64,000 nt of DNA, from NCBI GenBank assembly GCA_028292625.1, contig JAQGLY010000088.1, positions 43,587-107,586 on the forward strand, given 5' to 3'. The notes beneath the pieces are model-generated. The model was not told where the DNA came from. It made no database searches and saw only the letters and a list, made by a program, of their open reading frames with translations. The stretch is from Herbaspirillum sp. GTDB taxonomy: Bacteria; Pseudomonadota; Gammaproteobacteria; Burkholderiales; Burkholderiaceae_D. The position numbers were made by a program, and so were the translations under genes. Positions 10,502 to 21,495 of the stretch are shown one piece after another (the stretch's first letter is position 1; each line of letters starts with the position of its first letter).

Positions 10502-13099
10502 TTGCCGCTAGACCCTGATCAGCGCGAAAGATTGCGGCCGCCCGCCGGGGCGGCGGAAGTCGAAGCCGACGTCGCATTGCGCGTCATGCATAGCCGCCTC
10601 GCCGCGGAAGCCGCTTCGGTCACCGGCACCGCGGCGCCGGACGCCGGAGTCAACGCTTTCAGTCTTTCCCGGCATCATCAACCGGACGACAGCGACAGCG
10701 CCTCCCAATCCGTGCTGGCCCGGCTGTTGCTGGCCTACGGCGAACCGGGCAGCACCGCTGCCGATACCAGTTTCGAGCTGCCGCTGTATCTGGCCGCCGG
10801 CAATGAGCCGCAAGTGGCGGTGGCGCCGCCGATCAATCGCCGCTCGATGGTGCCGCGCCCCTGGGGCGAACTCAATCCGCTGGTACGCTGGGTCGACGTC
10901 GCCAATCGCCGCTTCGATCGCCGCTCCGCCCAACGCAAGGCGGCCAAGCAGGGCTTGCCGCCGCTGCCGCCGGTGGCGCAACGGCGCAGCCGCCGCGACG
11001 AGGACGCCGAATGGGTCGATGGCCCCGACGCCAATGCGCGCTGGCGCCACGCCGGGGGTGTGCGTCGGATCGTGCTGCTGCTGTTGATGCTGCTGCAGAC
11101 CGGCACCGCCACCTATTTCATGCGCGAAGTGCTGCCCTATCACGGCGGCGAGGTGCTGGAATTTGCGATGCTGATCCTGTTCGCGGTGCTGTTTTGCTGG
11201 GTGTCCGCGGGCTTCTGGACGGCCTTGATGGGGTTCATGGTGCTGATGGCGGGGCCGCGCAGCGATCGTTATCTGATTTCACGCGAGAAGGCCGGCGAAC
11301 GCGATATCGCGCCGGACGCGCGCACGGCGATCGTGATGCCGATCTGTAACGAAGACGTGAGCCGGGTGTTCGCCGGTTTGCGCGCCACCTACGAATCGCT
11401 GGCGCGCAACCATGACGGCAAGGACCTCGCGCAATTCGATTTCTTCATCCTCAGCGACAGCAGCCAGGCCGATCTGTGCGCCGCGGAAGTGGCCGCCTGG
11501 GCCGATCTGTGCGCCGCGGTCGGCGGTTTCGGCCGGATCTTCTATCGACATCGGACACGCCGCGTCAAGCGCAAGAGCGGCAATCTCGACGACTTCTGCC
11601 GCCGCTGGGGCGCCAATTACCGCTATATGATCGTGCTTGACGCCGACAGCGTGATGAGCGGCGATTGCCTGGCGACGCTGGCGCGGCTGATGCAGGCCAA
11701 TCCGGGCGCCGGCATCATCCAGACCGCGCCGCGGGCGGCCGGGCGCGACACCTTGTATGCGCGGATCCAGCAGTTTTCGACGCGGGTGTACGGGCCCCTG
11801 TTCACCGCCGGCCTGCATTACTGGCAATTGGGCGAATCGCATTTCTGGGGCCATAACGCGATCATCCGCCTGGCCCCGTTCATGCGCCATTGCGCGCTGG
11901 CGCCGTTGCCCGGCAGCGGTCCGATGGCCGGCGACATCATGTCGCACGATTTTGTCGAAGCCTCGCTGATGCGGCGCGCCGGCTGGTCGGTCTGGATCGC
12001 TTACGACCTGGACGGCAGCTACGAGGAAATGCCGCCGAATCTGCTCGACGAACTCGGCCGCGACCGGCGCTGGTGCCTGGGCAATCTGATGAATTTCCGG
12101 CTGGTCCTGGCGCGCGGCATGCACAGCGTGCACCGCGCGGTGTTCGCCACCGGCGTGATGGCGTACATCTCGGCGCCGCTATGGTGCCTGTTCCTGATCC
12201 TGTCGACACTATTGCTGGCCAGCCATACGCTGATCGATCCGCAATATTTCGTTGCGCCGAAGCAGTTGTTTCCGATCTGGCCGGAATGGCATCCGGAGAA
12301 GGCGCTGGCGCTATTTACCGCGACCGCCACTTTACTGTTCCTGCCCAAGATTCTCAGCGCGTTTCTGTTTGTGGTGAAGGGGGCCGGCGGTTTCGGCGGC
12401 AGCCTGCGGCTGATCCTCAGCGTGCTGCTCGAAATGATCTTTTCGATGCTGCTGGCGCCGGTGCGCATGCTGTTTCATACACGCTTTGTGATCGGCGCAT
12501 TCCTCGGCTGGGCGGCCGGCTGGAAGTCGCCGCCGCGCGCCGACAATCAGACTGGCTGGGGCGAGGCAGTACGCCGGCATGGCTGGCATACCCTGCTGGG
12601 CATAGCGTGGGGCAGCGGCGTGTACTGGCTCAGTCCGTCTTATGTCTGGTGGCTGTTGCCGATCACCGGCTCGCTGGCGATCTCGATCCCGATGTCGGTG
12701 CTGTCGAGCCGGGTGTCGCTGGGGCGCGGCATGCGCCGCCTGGGCCTGTTCCTGATTCCGGAAGAAAAGCAGCCGCCGCGCGAACTGCAGGAGACGGTGG
12801 CGTACCTGTCCGCCGGCAAGCCCGGCTGCAGCTTTGTCGAAGCGGTCACCGATCCGGTCTGTAACGCGCTGCTGTGCGCGGTCGCCCGCAGGCATCCGCG
12901 CCGCCCCCAAAACAGCGCCAATGCGCGTCTGGCGATCGTGCGCAAGGCCTTGCGCCAAGGGCCGCACGGCATCACCGAAGCGCAACGCAATACGGTGCTC
13001 GGCGATCCGCAATTGCTGTCTGCGCTGCATTTCGAAGTCTGGCAGTCGGAGCGCGCGCACCCTGCCTGGCGGGCCGCGCTGAGCGTCGCCCCGGATTGA
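10502..13099 (+). CDS. opgH: glucans biosynthesis glucosyltransferase OpgH (MdoH), GT2 polytopic membrane synthase
   Basis: 865 aa with a GT2 core ([57 protein letters not shown]) and multiple TM helices. The start is uncertain: the track uses TTG at 10502, and the frame is open back to the stop at 10424-10426 with no ATG/GTG/TTG before 10502. Confidence 0.93.
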   Translation: MPLDPDQRERLRPPAGAAEVEADVALRVMHSRLAAEAASVTGTAAPDAGVNAFSLSRHHQPDDSDSASQSVLARLLLAYGEPGSTAADTSFELPLYLAAGNEPQVAVAPPINRRSMVPRPWGELNPLVRWVDVANRRFDRRSAQRKAAKQGLPPLPPVAQRRSRRDEDAEWVDGPDANARWRHAGGVRRIVLLLLMLLQTGTATYFMREVLPYHGGEVLEFAMLILFAVLFCWVSAGFWTALMGFMVLMAGPRSDRYLISREKAGERDIAPDARTAIVMPICNEDVSRVFAGLRATYESLARNHDGKDLAQFDFFILSDSSQADLCAAEVAAWADLCAAVGGFGRIFYRHRTRRVKRKSGNLDDFCRRWGANYRYMIVLDADSVMSGDCLATLARLMQANPGAGIIQTAPRAAGRDTLYARIQQFSTRVYGPLFTAGLHYWQLGESHFWGHNAIIRLAPFMRHCALAPLPGSGPMAGDIMSHDFVEASLMRRAGWSVWIAYDLDGSYEEMPPNLLDELGRDRRWCLGNLMNFRLVLARGMHSVHRAVFATGVMAYISAPLWCLFLILSTLLLASHTLIDPQYFVAPKQLFPIWPEWHPEKALALFTATATLLFLPKILSAFLFVVKGAGGFGGSLRLILSVLLEMIFSMLLAPVRMLFHTRFVIGAFLGWAAGWKSPPRADNQTGWGEAVRRHGWHTLLGIAWGSGVYWLSPSYVWWLLPITGSLAISIPMSVLSSRVSLGRGMRRLGLFLIPEEKQPPRELQETVAYLSAGKPGCSFVEAVTDPVCNALLCAVARRHPRRPQNSANARLAIVRKALRQGPHGITEAQRNTVLGDPQLLSALHFEVWQSERAHPAWRAALSVAPD

Positions 13100-13127
13100 G
13101 ACGAATAGTGATATTTCAAGGAAATGA

Positions 13128-14729
13128 ATGAAACGACGCGATTTGCTAAAGGCTTCGGCCGCACTAGCCGCAGCGGGTTTTCCGTCGGCGCCGTTGTGGG
13201 CGGCCGCGAACGGGACGGGGAAACCCGCCGCGGCCAATCATTTGCAATATGTGGGCGGCGCGCCCCAGTCTTTCGATTATGCGTGGCTGAAGGGACAGGC
13301 CCGCGCGCAGGCCGGCATGGCCTATCAGGCGCCGGTCAGCCATATTCCGTCGGAAGTCGACAAGCTGGGCTGGGACCGGTATCACGCGATCCGCTACCGC
13401 GACGATCATGCGCTGTGGGGCGCCGATAATTTGAAGTTCCGGGCGAATTTTTTCCATCTTGGCCTGTATTTCAAGAACCCGGTGCAGATTTACGAAGTCC
13501 AGAACGGCAAGGCGCAGGAAATCGCGTACGACCCGGCGATGTTCGACTACGGCAATAGCGGTTTGCAGGCCGGCGCGTTTCCAAAGGATCTGGGCTTTGC
13601 CGGATTCCGGGTGTATTCACGCGGCGACTGGTCGCGCGACGTCGCCGCCTTTCTCGGCGCGAGTTATTTCCGCGCCGTCGGCGGCCAGTGGCAGTATGGC
13701 TTGTCGGCGCGCGGTCTGGCGGTCGACAGCGGGATGGCGAAACCGGAAGAATTTCCGATATTCACCACCTTCTGGCTGGAACGCCCGGCCGCGGCGTCCG
13801 ACCGCCTGGTGGTCTATGCGCTGCTGGATTCGCCCAGCGTGGCCGGCGCTTACCGCTTCGAGATCCAGCCGGGCGATACCCTGACGATGGACGTCGACGT
13901 GGCGCTGTACCCGCGCAAGGCGATCGAACGGCTGGGCGTGGCGCCGTTGACCAGTATGTTCCAGTACGGCGAGAACGACCGCCGCGCGGCCACCGACTGG
14001 CGGCCCGAGATCCACGATTCCGACGGGCTGCAAATGCAGCGAGGCAACGGCGAATGGGTATGGCGGCCATTGACCAATCCGGCAAAAATGGCTCTGAACG
14101 CATTTCCGGACGAAAACCCGCGCGGATTCGGTCTGCTGCAGCGCGACCGCAATTTCGACCATTATCAGGATGATGGCGTGTATTACGACCGCCGTCCGAG
14201 CTTGTGGGTGCAGCCCAAGACGGGCTGGGGCAAGGGCACGGTCGAACTGATGGAAATCCCGACCGAGGATGAAACCTTCGATAATATCGTCGCCTTCTGG
14301 AAACCGGAGAAGCAGCCGCAGCCGGGCCAGGAGCTGCTGTTTGCCTATCGTCTGCATTGGGGCGCTAAAATGCCGGCGGAGTCGCCGTTGGCGCATGTGG
14401 CGGCCACCCGCACCGGCAAGGGCGGCATCGTCGGGCAGAAGCGGGAGTATTTCTCCTGGCGTTTCGTGATCGACTTCGCCGGCGGCAATCTGCCGCGGCT
14501 CGCCGGCAACGCCAAGGTGAGCGCTGTCATCACCGTGTCACGCGGAACTGTTGAGATTGTTTCCACCCGGCCATTGGACGCGCTGCACGGCTACCGGACC
14601 ATGTTCGATCTCAAACCGGACGCCAGCAATGCGCCCATCGATTTGCGGGTATATTTGACGACCGACGGCAAACCGGCAAGCGAAACCTGGCTGTATCAAT
14701 GGTCGCCGCCTGCCGATCGGCAACTTTAG
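13128..14729 (+). CDS. opgD: glucan biosynthesis protein OpgD (MdoD), Tat-exported OpgG paralogue
   Basis: 533 aa, paralogous to the OpgG above (FRAVGGQWQYGLSARGLAVD, DSDGLQM). Twin-arginine signal MKRRDLLKASAALAAAG, as in OpgD. Confidence 0.9.
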   Translation: MKRRDLLKASAALAAAGFPSAPLWAAANGTGKPAAANHLQYVGGAPQSFDYAWLKGQARAQAGMAYQAPVSHIPSEVDKLGWDRYHAIRYRDDHALWGADNLKFRANFFHLGLYFKNPVQIYEVQNGKAQEIAYDPAMFDYGNSGLQAGAFPKDLGFAGFRVYSRGDWSRDVAAFLGASYFRAVGGQWQYGLSARGLAVDSGMAKPEEFPIFTTFWLERPAAASDRLVVYALLDSPSVAGAYRFEIQPGDTLTMDVDVALYPRKAIERLGVAPLTSMFQYGENDRRAATDWRPEIHDSDGLQMQRGNGEWVWRPLTNPAKMALNAFPDENPRGFGLLQRDRNFDHYQDDGVYYDRRPSLWVQPKTGWGKGTVELMEIPTEDETFDNIVAFWKPEKQPQPGQELLFAYRLHWGAKMPAESPLAHVAATRTGKGGIVGQKREYFSWRFVIDFAGGNLPRLAGNAKVSAVITVSRGTVEIVSTRPLDALHGYRTMFDLKPDASNAPIDLRVYLTTDGKPASETWLYQWSPPADRQL

Positions 14730-14734
14730 GATGA

Positions 14735-16021
14735 ATGGGTATGACGCAAATGCAGCACACCGCGGCCGAACGGGCTGTCGCCAGGCGCTATCGTTATCTG
14801 GCGATCGGCACCGGCCTGCTGCTGATTTTGACGCTTGCGCTGGCGGCGCTGCTGCTGCGCTCGCAGTTTTTCAAGCCGCCGCCGCCGCCGGTCAAGACGC
14901 CCGCGCCTGAAACCTCGGCGGTATTGCGCGGCGCGATCGAAAAAACCGTGCTCGCGCGCGGCAAACTGGATTTGCAGAAATACGTCGATGTGTCCGCCGG
15001 CGTCAGCGGTCAGGTCAGCGACGTCGAGATCGCCATCGGCGACAGCGTCAAGGCAGGGCGGCAACTGATGACCATCACGCCGGCAGAACAGCCCGGCCGC
15101 GCCGAAAACAACCGCGCGCAATTGGCGCGGCTGAAGGCCGATCTGGCCGGCCAGCAGGCGCAAAGCGAATTTGCCAATCTGCAATTCCAGCGCCAGACGC
15201 AACTCAAGGAAGCCAACGCCACGCGCGAAGACAGTTACGAATCCAGCCGCATGGCGATGTTCTCCGCCAGCGCCAAGGTGGACGCCATCAACGCCCAGAT
15301 CCAGCAAACCGAGGCGCAGATGCGCGAAGACGAGGCCATGCGCAGCCGCACCCGGGTGACCGCGCCGGTCAGCGGCACGGTGGTGGCGCTGTCGGCGCGC
15401 GAAGGCCAGATCGTCAACGCCAACAGGGACGTGCTGCTGCGGATTGCCGATCTGAGCCGGATGACGGTGCAGGCGCTGGTATCCGAAGAGGACGTGACCC
15501 GGCTCGATCCCGGCATGGTTGCCTACTTCACGACGCCCGGTTTTCCGGGCAAGCGCTGGTCCGGAAAACTGCGCCAGATCATGCCGCTGCCGGCCGACGG
15601 ATCGGGCCAGCAGGGCAAGCGCACGTATTACACCGTGCTGTTCGACGTGGCCAACAGCGGCCGCGAATTGATGAGCGGCATGAGCGCCGACATCTGGTTC
15701 GTGCTGGAGCACAGCAGCGACGCCCTGCAGATTCCGGCCGCAGCGTTGCCGGTCAACGCCCAGGCCGACGGCACGTATCGCGTCGGAGTGATGGCGGCGG
15801 ATGGAAAAATCACGATGCGCCAGGTGAAAGTGGGTATTCGCACCACCGACGCGGCGCAGGTTTTATCGGGGCTGAATGAGGGCGATCGGGTGGTATTGGG
15901 CGCCATTCCGAGCGCGCTTCTCAACACGGCCGCCGCGCCGGTGTCCGGGCTTCAGACGGCAACGCCGAAGACCGCGGTGCTGGCGCCCGAACAGGCCCAG
16001 CAGAAGCGAGCCGCCAAATGA
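14735..16021 (+). CDS. efflux periplasmic adaptor (membrane fusion protein), MacA/HlyD_D23-like
   Basis: 428 aa with an N-terminal TM anchor, lipoyl-like and coiled-coil hairpin segments (VSGQVSDVEIAIGDSVKAGRQL ... VTAPVSGTVVALSAREGQIV) and a beta-barrel C-terminus. It starts 5 nt after the opgD stop. ATG 14741 sits better relative to the AGGA at 14729-14732. Confidence 0.88.
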   Translation: MGMTQMQHTAAERAVARRYRYLAIGTGLLLILTLALAALLLRSQFFKPPPPPVKTPAPETSAVLRGAIEKTVLARGKLDLQKYVDVSAGVSGQVSDVEIAIGDSVKAGRQLMTITPAEQPGRAENNRAQLARLKADLAGQQAQSEFANLQFQRQTQLKEANATREDSYESSRMAMFSASAKVDAINAQIQQTEAQMREDEAMRSRTRVTAPVSGTVVALSAREGQIVNANRDVLLRIADLSRMTVQALVSEEDVTRLDPGMVAYFTTPGFPGKRWSGKLRQIMPLPADGSGQQGKRTYYTVLFDVANSGRELMSGMSADIWFVLEHSSDALQIPAAALPVNAQADGTYRVGVMAADGKITMRQVKVGIRTTDAAQVLSGLNEGDRVVLGAIPSALLNTAAAPVSGLQTATPKTAVLAPEQAQQKRAAK

Positions 16022-17607
16022 GGCCATTGTCGCCGAAGAATCCGCTTGCACCGATGCCGGCGATGCGGCCATATCGGCCGCCGGCATGGCTGGCGCTGCT
16101 GCTGACGGTCGCGCTGGGCGGTTGCGCCTCGGCCCGGGTCGATATCGAGCCGGTGGCGCCGGTCGACCTCCCGGCCGGATGGTCGCAGGCCGACGGCAAG
16201 ACGACGCAACTGGAGCCGGATCTGAATTGGTGGCGGCATTTCGGCAGCGACGAATTGAGCGAACTGGTGCAGGAAGGGCAAACCAATAATTATGAAATCG
16301 CGGCGGCGGTATCGCGCGTGCGCCAGGCGCAGGTGCAGGCCTTGATCGCCGGCGCGCCTTTGTTGCCGCAGGTCGACTTTGCGACCTACGTCAATCGCGA
16401 TATTCCGTTTTCCTCCGGCGCCGCCACCACCTCCACCAGCGCCATGCTGGAGGTCGGTTACGAAGTCGATTTCTGGGGCAAGAACCGCGCCGCCCAGACC
16501 GCCGCCCAGGAGGCGTATCGCGCCAATATCTTCGACCGCGAAACGGTGGCGCTGACCGTCACCAGCAGCATCGTGTCGACCTATCTGCAGGTATTGTCGC
16601 TGCGCGACCGCATCAAGATTGCCCGCAACAACATCGCCAACGCCGAACGGGTGCTGGCGCTGGTGGAGGCGCAAAGCCGCGCCGGCGCCGCGTCGCCGCT
16701 GGATCTCGCGCGGCAGCGCTCGGCGCTGGCCGGTCAGCGCGCCGGTTTGCCCGATTTGCAGCAGCAGGAGCGCGCGGCGCAAATCACGCTGGCGATTCTG
16801 CTGGGCCGGCCGCCGCAGTCGTTTACGGTGAAACAGGAGGGGCTGAACGGCATCCAGATGCCCGATATCGGCCCGGGCCTGCCGTCCGAGCTATTGACGC
16901 GGCGCCCCGATATTCGCCATGCCGAGGCGCTGCTGGCGGAAGCCAACGCCAATGTCGCGGTGGCGCGCGCCTCCCTGTTTCCGAGCATTCAACTGACCGG
17001 CTCCGCCGGCACCCAGAGCAATGCGCTGCTATCCCTGTTCAACGGTCCCAATATGCTGGCCAATATCGGCCTGTCGCTGACCGCGCCGATTTTCAACAGC
17101 GGGCTGTTGAAAAACCAGCAGGAGCTGGCGGTTGCGCAGAAGCAGGAACTGGTGCAGTGGTATCGCTCCAGCGTGATCAATGCGCTGTCGGAAGTGGAAA
17201 AGGCGCTGAGCCAGATCGAGAGTCTGGCGCAGCGTTACAAATTGAAAAGCACCGAAGTCGAACAGGCGCGGGTGGCTTTCGAGTTGTCGGAAGTCCGCTA
17301 CCGCATCGGCGCCGAGGATTTGATGACGGTGCTCGATACGCAGCGCAGCCTGTCGGACGCGGACACCGCGTTGGGACAACTCAAGCTGGAACGGTTGCAG
17401 GCGACGGTGTCCTTGTACAAGGCGCTGGGCGGCGGATGGCAGGAGGAAAAGCCGACCGCGCCGCCACCGACGCCGGGGCCGGCGGCAGCGCCAGGCGCTA
17501 CGGCAGCGGCAGCACCTCCTGCTCCCCGTGCGGCGCCAAAGGCGCCCGAGATGCCGCCGTTGCCTGCCGGGGGTGGGGCGGTGGCTTATCCGGTGGCGCC
17601 GCGGTAG
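16018..17607 (+). CDS. efflux outer-membrane factor lipoprotein, NodT/OprM family
   Basis: 529 aa. Lipobox LLLTVALGGC. Two TolC-like repeats (WWRHFGSDEL, RRPDIRHAEALLAEANANVAVARASLFPSIQLTGSAG, LYKALGGGW). ATGA overlap with the adaptor gene. Carries an unusual 55-aa Pro/Ala-rich C-terminal tail. Confidence 0.9.
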   Translation: MRPLSPKNPLAPMPAMRPYRPPAWLALLLTVALGGCASARVDIEPVAPVDLPAGWSQADGKTTQLEPDLNWWRHFGSDELSELVQEGQTNNYEIAAAVSRVRQAQVQALIAGAPLLPQVDFATYVNRDIPFSSGAATTSTSAMLEVGYEVDFWGKNRAAQTAAQEAYRANIFDRETVALTVTSSIVSTYLQVLSLRDRIKIARNNIANAERVLALVEAQSRAGAASPLDLARQRSALAGQRAGLPDLQQQERAAQITLAILLGRPPQSFTVKQEGLNGIQMPDIGPGLPSELLTRRPDIRHAEALLAEANANVAVARASLFPSIQLTGSAGTQSNALLSLFNGPNMLANIGLSLTAPIFNSGLLKNQQELAVAQKQELVQWYRSSVINALSEVEKALSQIESLAQRYKLKSTEVEQARVAFELSEVRYRIGAEDLMTVLDTQRSLSDADTALGQLKLERLQATVSLYKALGGGWQEEKPTAPPPTPGPAAAPGATAAAAPPAPRAAPKAPEMPPLPAGGGAVAYPVAPR

Positions 17608-17623
17608 AGCTTTTGATAGGTCT

Positions 17624-18055
17624 TCATTTTTCTTGCAAGTCAGCACGGCGGCTGCATGTGGCGAGTTTCTCTTTCGGCGTGATTGCGTTTTTGGTAAATA
17701 TGGAAAGATGATCGCGAAACACGTCGGCAAATATTGCCGTATGGCCGAATCGCTCCGTGATCGCCTTGATCAGATTCGAACCGATTCCTTTTTTTTGATA
17801 GGCCGGATGCACGCATACTTCCGCAACATAGGTCGTGAACATATTATCCGTAAGAACACGGACCAGTCCGACTAGCCGATGCGTGGTTTGTTCTATCGCA
17901 AAAGCGGCCGTGACAGTGGGGCAAAGATATTTCGAGCGGAAATTCGGGATGGCCAGGTAGCTGGAGGCGGAACCGAAGCCGGTTATTTCCAAAAGGTTCG
18001 CTAATTTTTCGGCGGTTATATGACTGTCTTCGAATGAAATTGAGATATTTTGCAA
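17624..18055 (-). CDS. GNAT family N-acetyltransferase (small, stand-alone)
   Basis: 143 aa. Acetyl-CoA motif A region VCVHPAYQKKGIGSNLI. Lies in a clearly AT-richer islet (by eye under 50% GC). Confidence 0.8.
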   Translation of the reverse strand: MQNISISFEDSHITAEKLANLLEITGFGSASSYLAIPNFRSKYLCPTVTAAFAIEQTTHRLVGLVRVLTDNMFTTYVAEVCVHPAYQKKGIGSNLIKAITERFGHTAIFADVFRDHLSIFTKNAITPKEKLATCSRRADLQEK

Positions 18056-18288
18056 AGGAATATGCTCCTGATGTGGACCGCGCGAAAACCAGCGTTTGCG
18101 CGGCGAAGAGCAATACTCTCCTTTTTAATTCGAAGAATAAACTGCTGGGATTATCAGGAAGCGTCGAACGCCATAAAACGAGAAAAGAATAATCCCGACA
18201 AGGAATTTTTTGGGCATTCCTATCGGTACTGGTCATCACACCTGTTTTTCGATCCGCTTCCCCTTTATGCAAAATTCAGGCAGGGTAT

Positions 18289-19083
18289 CTAAACCGCCAC
18301 CGGCGCCTTGATATGCGCCTGCGCCTCATATCCGACGATCTCGAAATCATCGAATTTGTAATCGAACAATGAGTCCGGCTTGCGCAGTGTCCGCAATGTC
18401 GGCAGCGGGCCCGGCGTGCGCGACAACTGTTCGCTGACCTGCTCCATGTGATTCGAATACAGATGGCAATCGCCGCCGGTCCAGACAAAATCGCCGACTT
18501 CCAGTCCGGCCTGTTGCGCCATCATGTGCGTCAGCAGCGCATATGACGCGATGTTGAACGGCACGCCGAGGAAAATGTCGGCGCTGCGCTGATACAGCTG
18601 GCACGACAGTTTGCCGTCGGCCACGTAAAACTGGAATAAGGCATGGCAGGGCGGCAGCTTCATTTGCGGGATGTCGGCGACGTTCCAGGCCGATACGATC
18701 ATCCGGCGCGAGTCCGGATTGGTTTTGATCTGCTCCAGCACTTGCGAAATCTGGTCGATATGCCGGCCGTCCGGCGTCGGCCAGGAACGCCATTGATAGC
18801 CGTAGATCGGCCCCAGATTGCCTTCGGCGTCGGCCCATTCGTCCCAGATCTTGACGTTGTTTTCCTTGAGATACCCGATATTGGTGGATCCGGCCAGAAA
18901 CCAGATCAATTCGTGCACGATGGATTTGATATGCAGCTTTTTGGTGGTCAGCAGCGGGAAGCCGTCCTGCAGATTGAAGCGCATCTGGTAACCGAATACC
19001 GACCGGGTGCCGGTGCCGGTGCGATCGGTTTTCTGCGCGCCATGCTCTTGCACATGACGCATGAAGTCGAGGTATTGACGCAT
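18289..19083 (-). CDS. thyA: thymidylate synthase (ThyA type)
   Basis: 264 aa, near-canonical ThyA ([48 protein letters not shown]). Confidence 0.97.
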   Translation of the reverse strand: MRQYLDFMRHVQEHGAQKTDRTGTGTRSVFGYQMRFNLQDGFPLLTTKKLHIKSIVHELIWFLAGSTNIGYLKENNVKIWDEWADAEGNLGPIYGYQWRSWPTPDGRHIDQISQVLEQIKTNPDSRRMIVSAWNVADIPQMKLPPCHALFQFYVADGKLSCQLYQRSADIFLGVPFNIASYALLTHMMAQQAGLEVGDFVWTGGDCHLYSNHMEQVSEQLSRTPGPLPTLRTLRKPDSLFDYKFDDFEIVGYEAQAHIKAPVAV

Positions 19084-19204
19084 GGTGAGGGCCTATGAGG
19101 AATTGCGCTTGGACGATTTCCGACGATTGTACCGCAGCCTAAAGCCGCAAGCCGCGCCCGAAATGCGTCAGGCATGGGCGGTCGCGGCGAATTCAGAAGC
19201 GGCT

Positions 19205-19564
19205 TCAGAAGCGGAATTCACCGACCTTGTGCTTGCTGAAGTTGTGTTTGCCGACGCCGATCTGGTCGGCCAGCCGTTTCGGGGCCGCGGCGGAGATGAA
19301 GATATCGGCGACCTGATCCTTGCAGCGGAAGGTCATCGCCGGACTCAGCAGCGTCCGGCCCTTGATCATCAGGTGCTGGAACACCCGCGCCTTTTCGCTC
19401 GACAGCAGCACATGCACGTCCTTGCTGAACGCCGACAGCGGGATATTGAGCCACCAGCCTTCGTCTCCCTGCTTGGCGACGACCGATGCGAAGAAGGTGT
19501 TGCGTTCGGTCAGTTGCGCCTTGCCGGCGCGGTTGACAATGGCAATCGCCTCGTTTTTGTTCAT
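19205..19564 (-). CDS. conserved-looking hypothetical protein (119 aa)
   Basis: High GC3 in this frame, AAGG 8 nt upstream of the ATG, and a start only 9 nt downstream of the ABC exporter stop, so probably co-transcribed. I recognise no family. Confidence 0.6.
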   Translation of the reverse strand: MNKNEAIAIVNRAGKAQLTERNTFFASVVAKQGDEGWWLNIPLSAFSKDVHVLLSSEKARVFQHLMIKGRTLLSPAMTFRCKDQVADIFISAAAPKRLADQIGVGKHNFSKHKVGEFRF

Positions 19565-19573
19565 CGTTTTACC

Positions 19574-21376
<1,803 letters not shown>

Positions 21377-21495
21377 CTTCGATTCAGGTAGGCGCGAAAT
21401 CTGCGATTGTAAACTGAAACATGCGCAGGGGTCTGCGCATGTTATGGGGGCTGCCGCGCGCTTACGGCAGATTCGTCTTTACATTTCTTTACCTG

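Noticed and set aside
17844-18272. 142-aa minus-strand ORF upstream of and overlapping the GNAT gene, considered as a possible antitoxin of a GNAT toxin
   Set aside because: It overlaps the GNAT gene by about 210 nt in a different frame. It has no RHH/HTH-like sequence and an odd composition. The remaining intergenic stretch has no small ORF with an SD.
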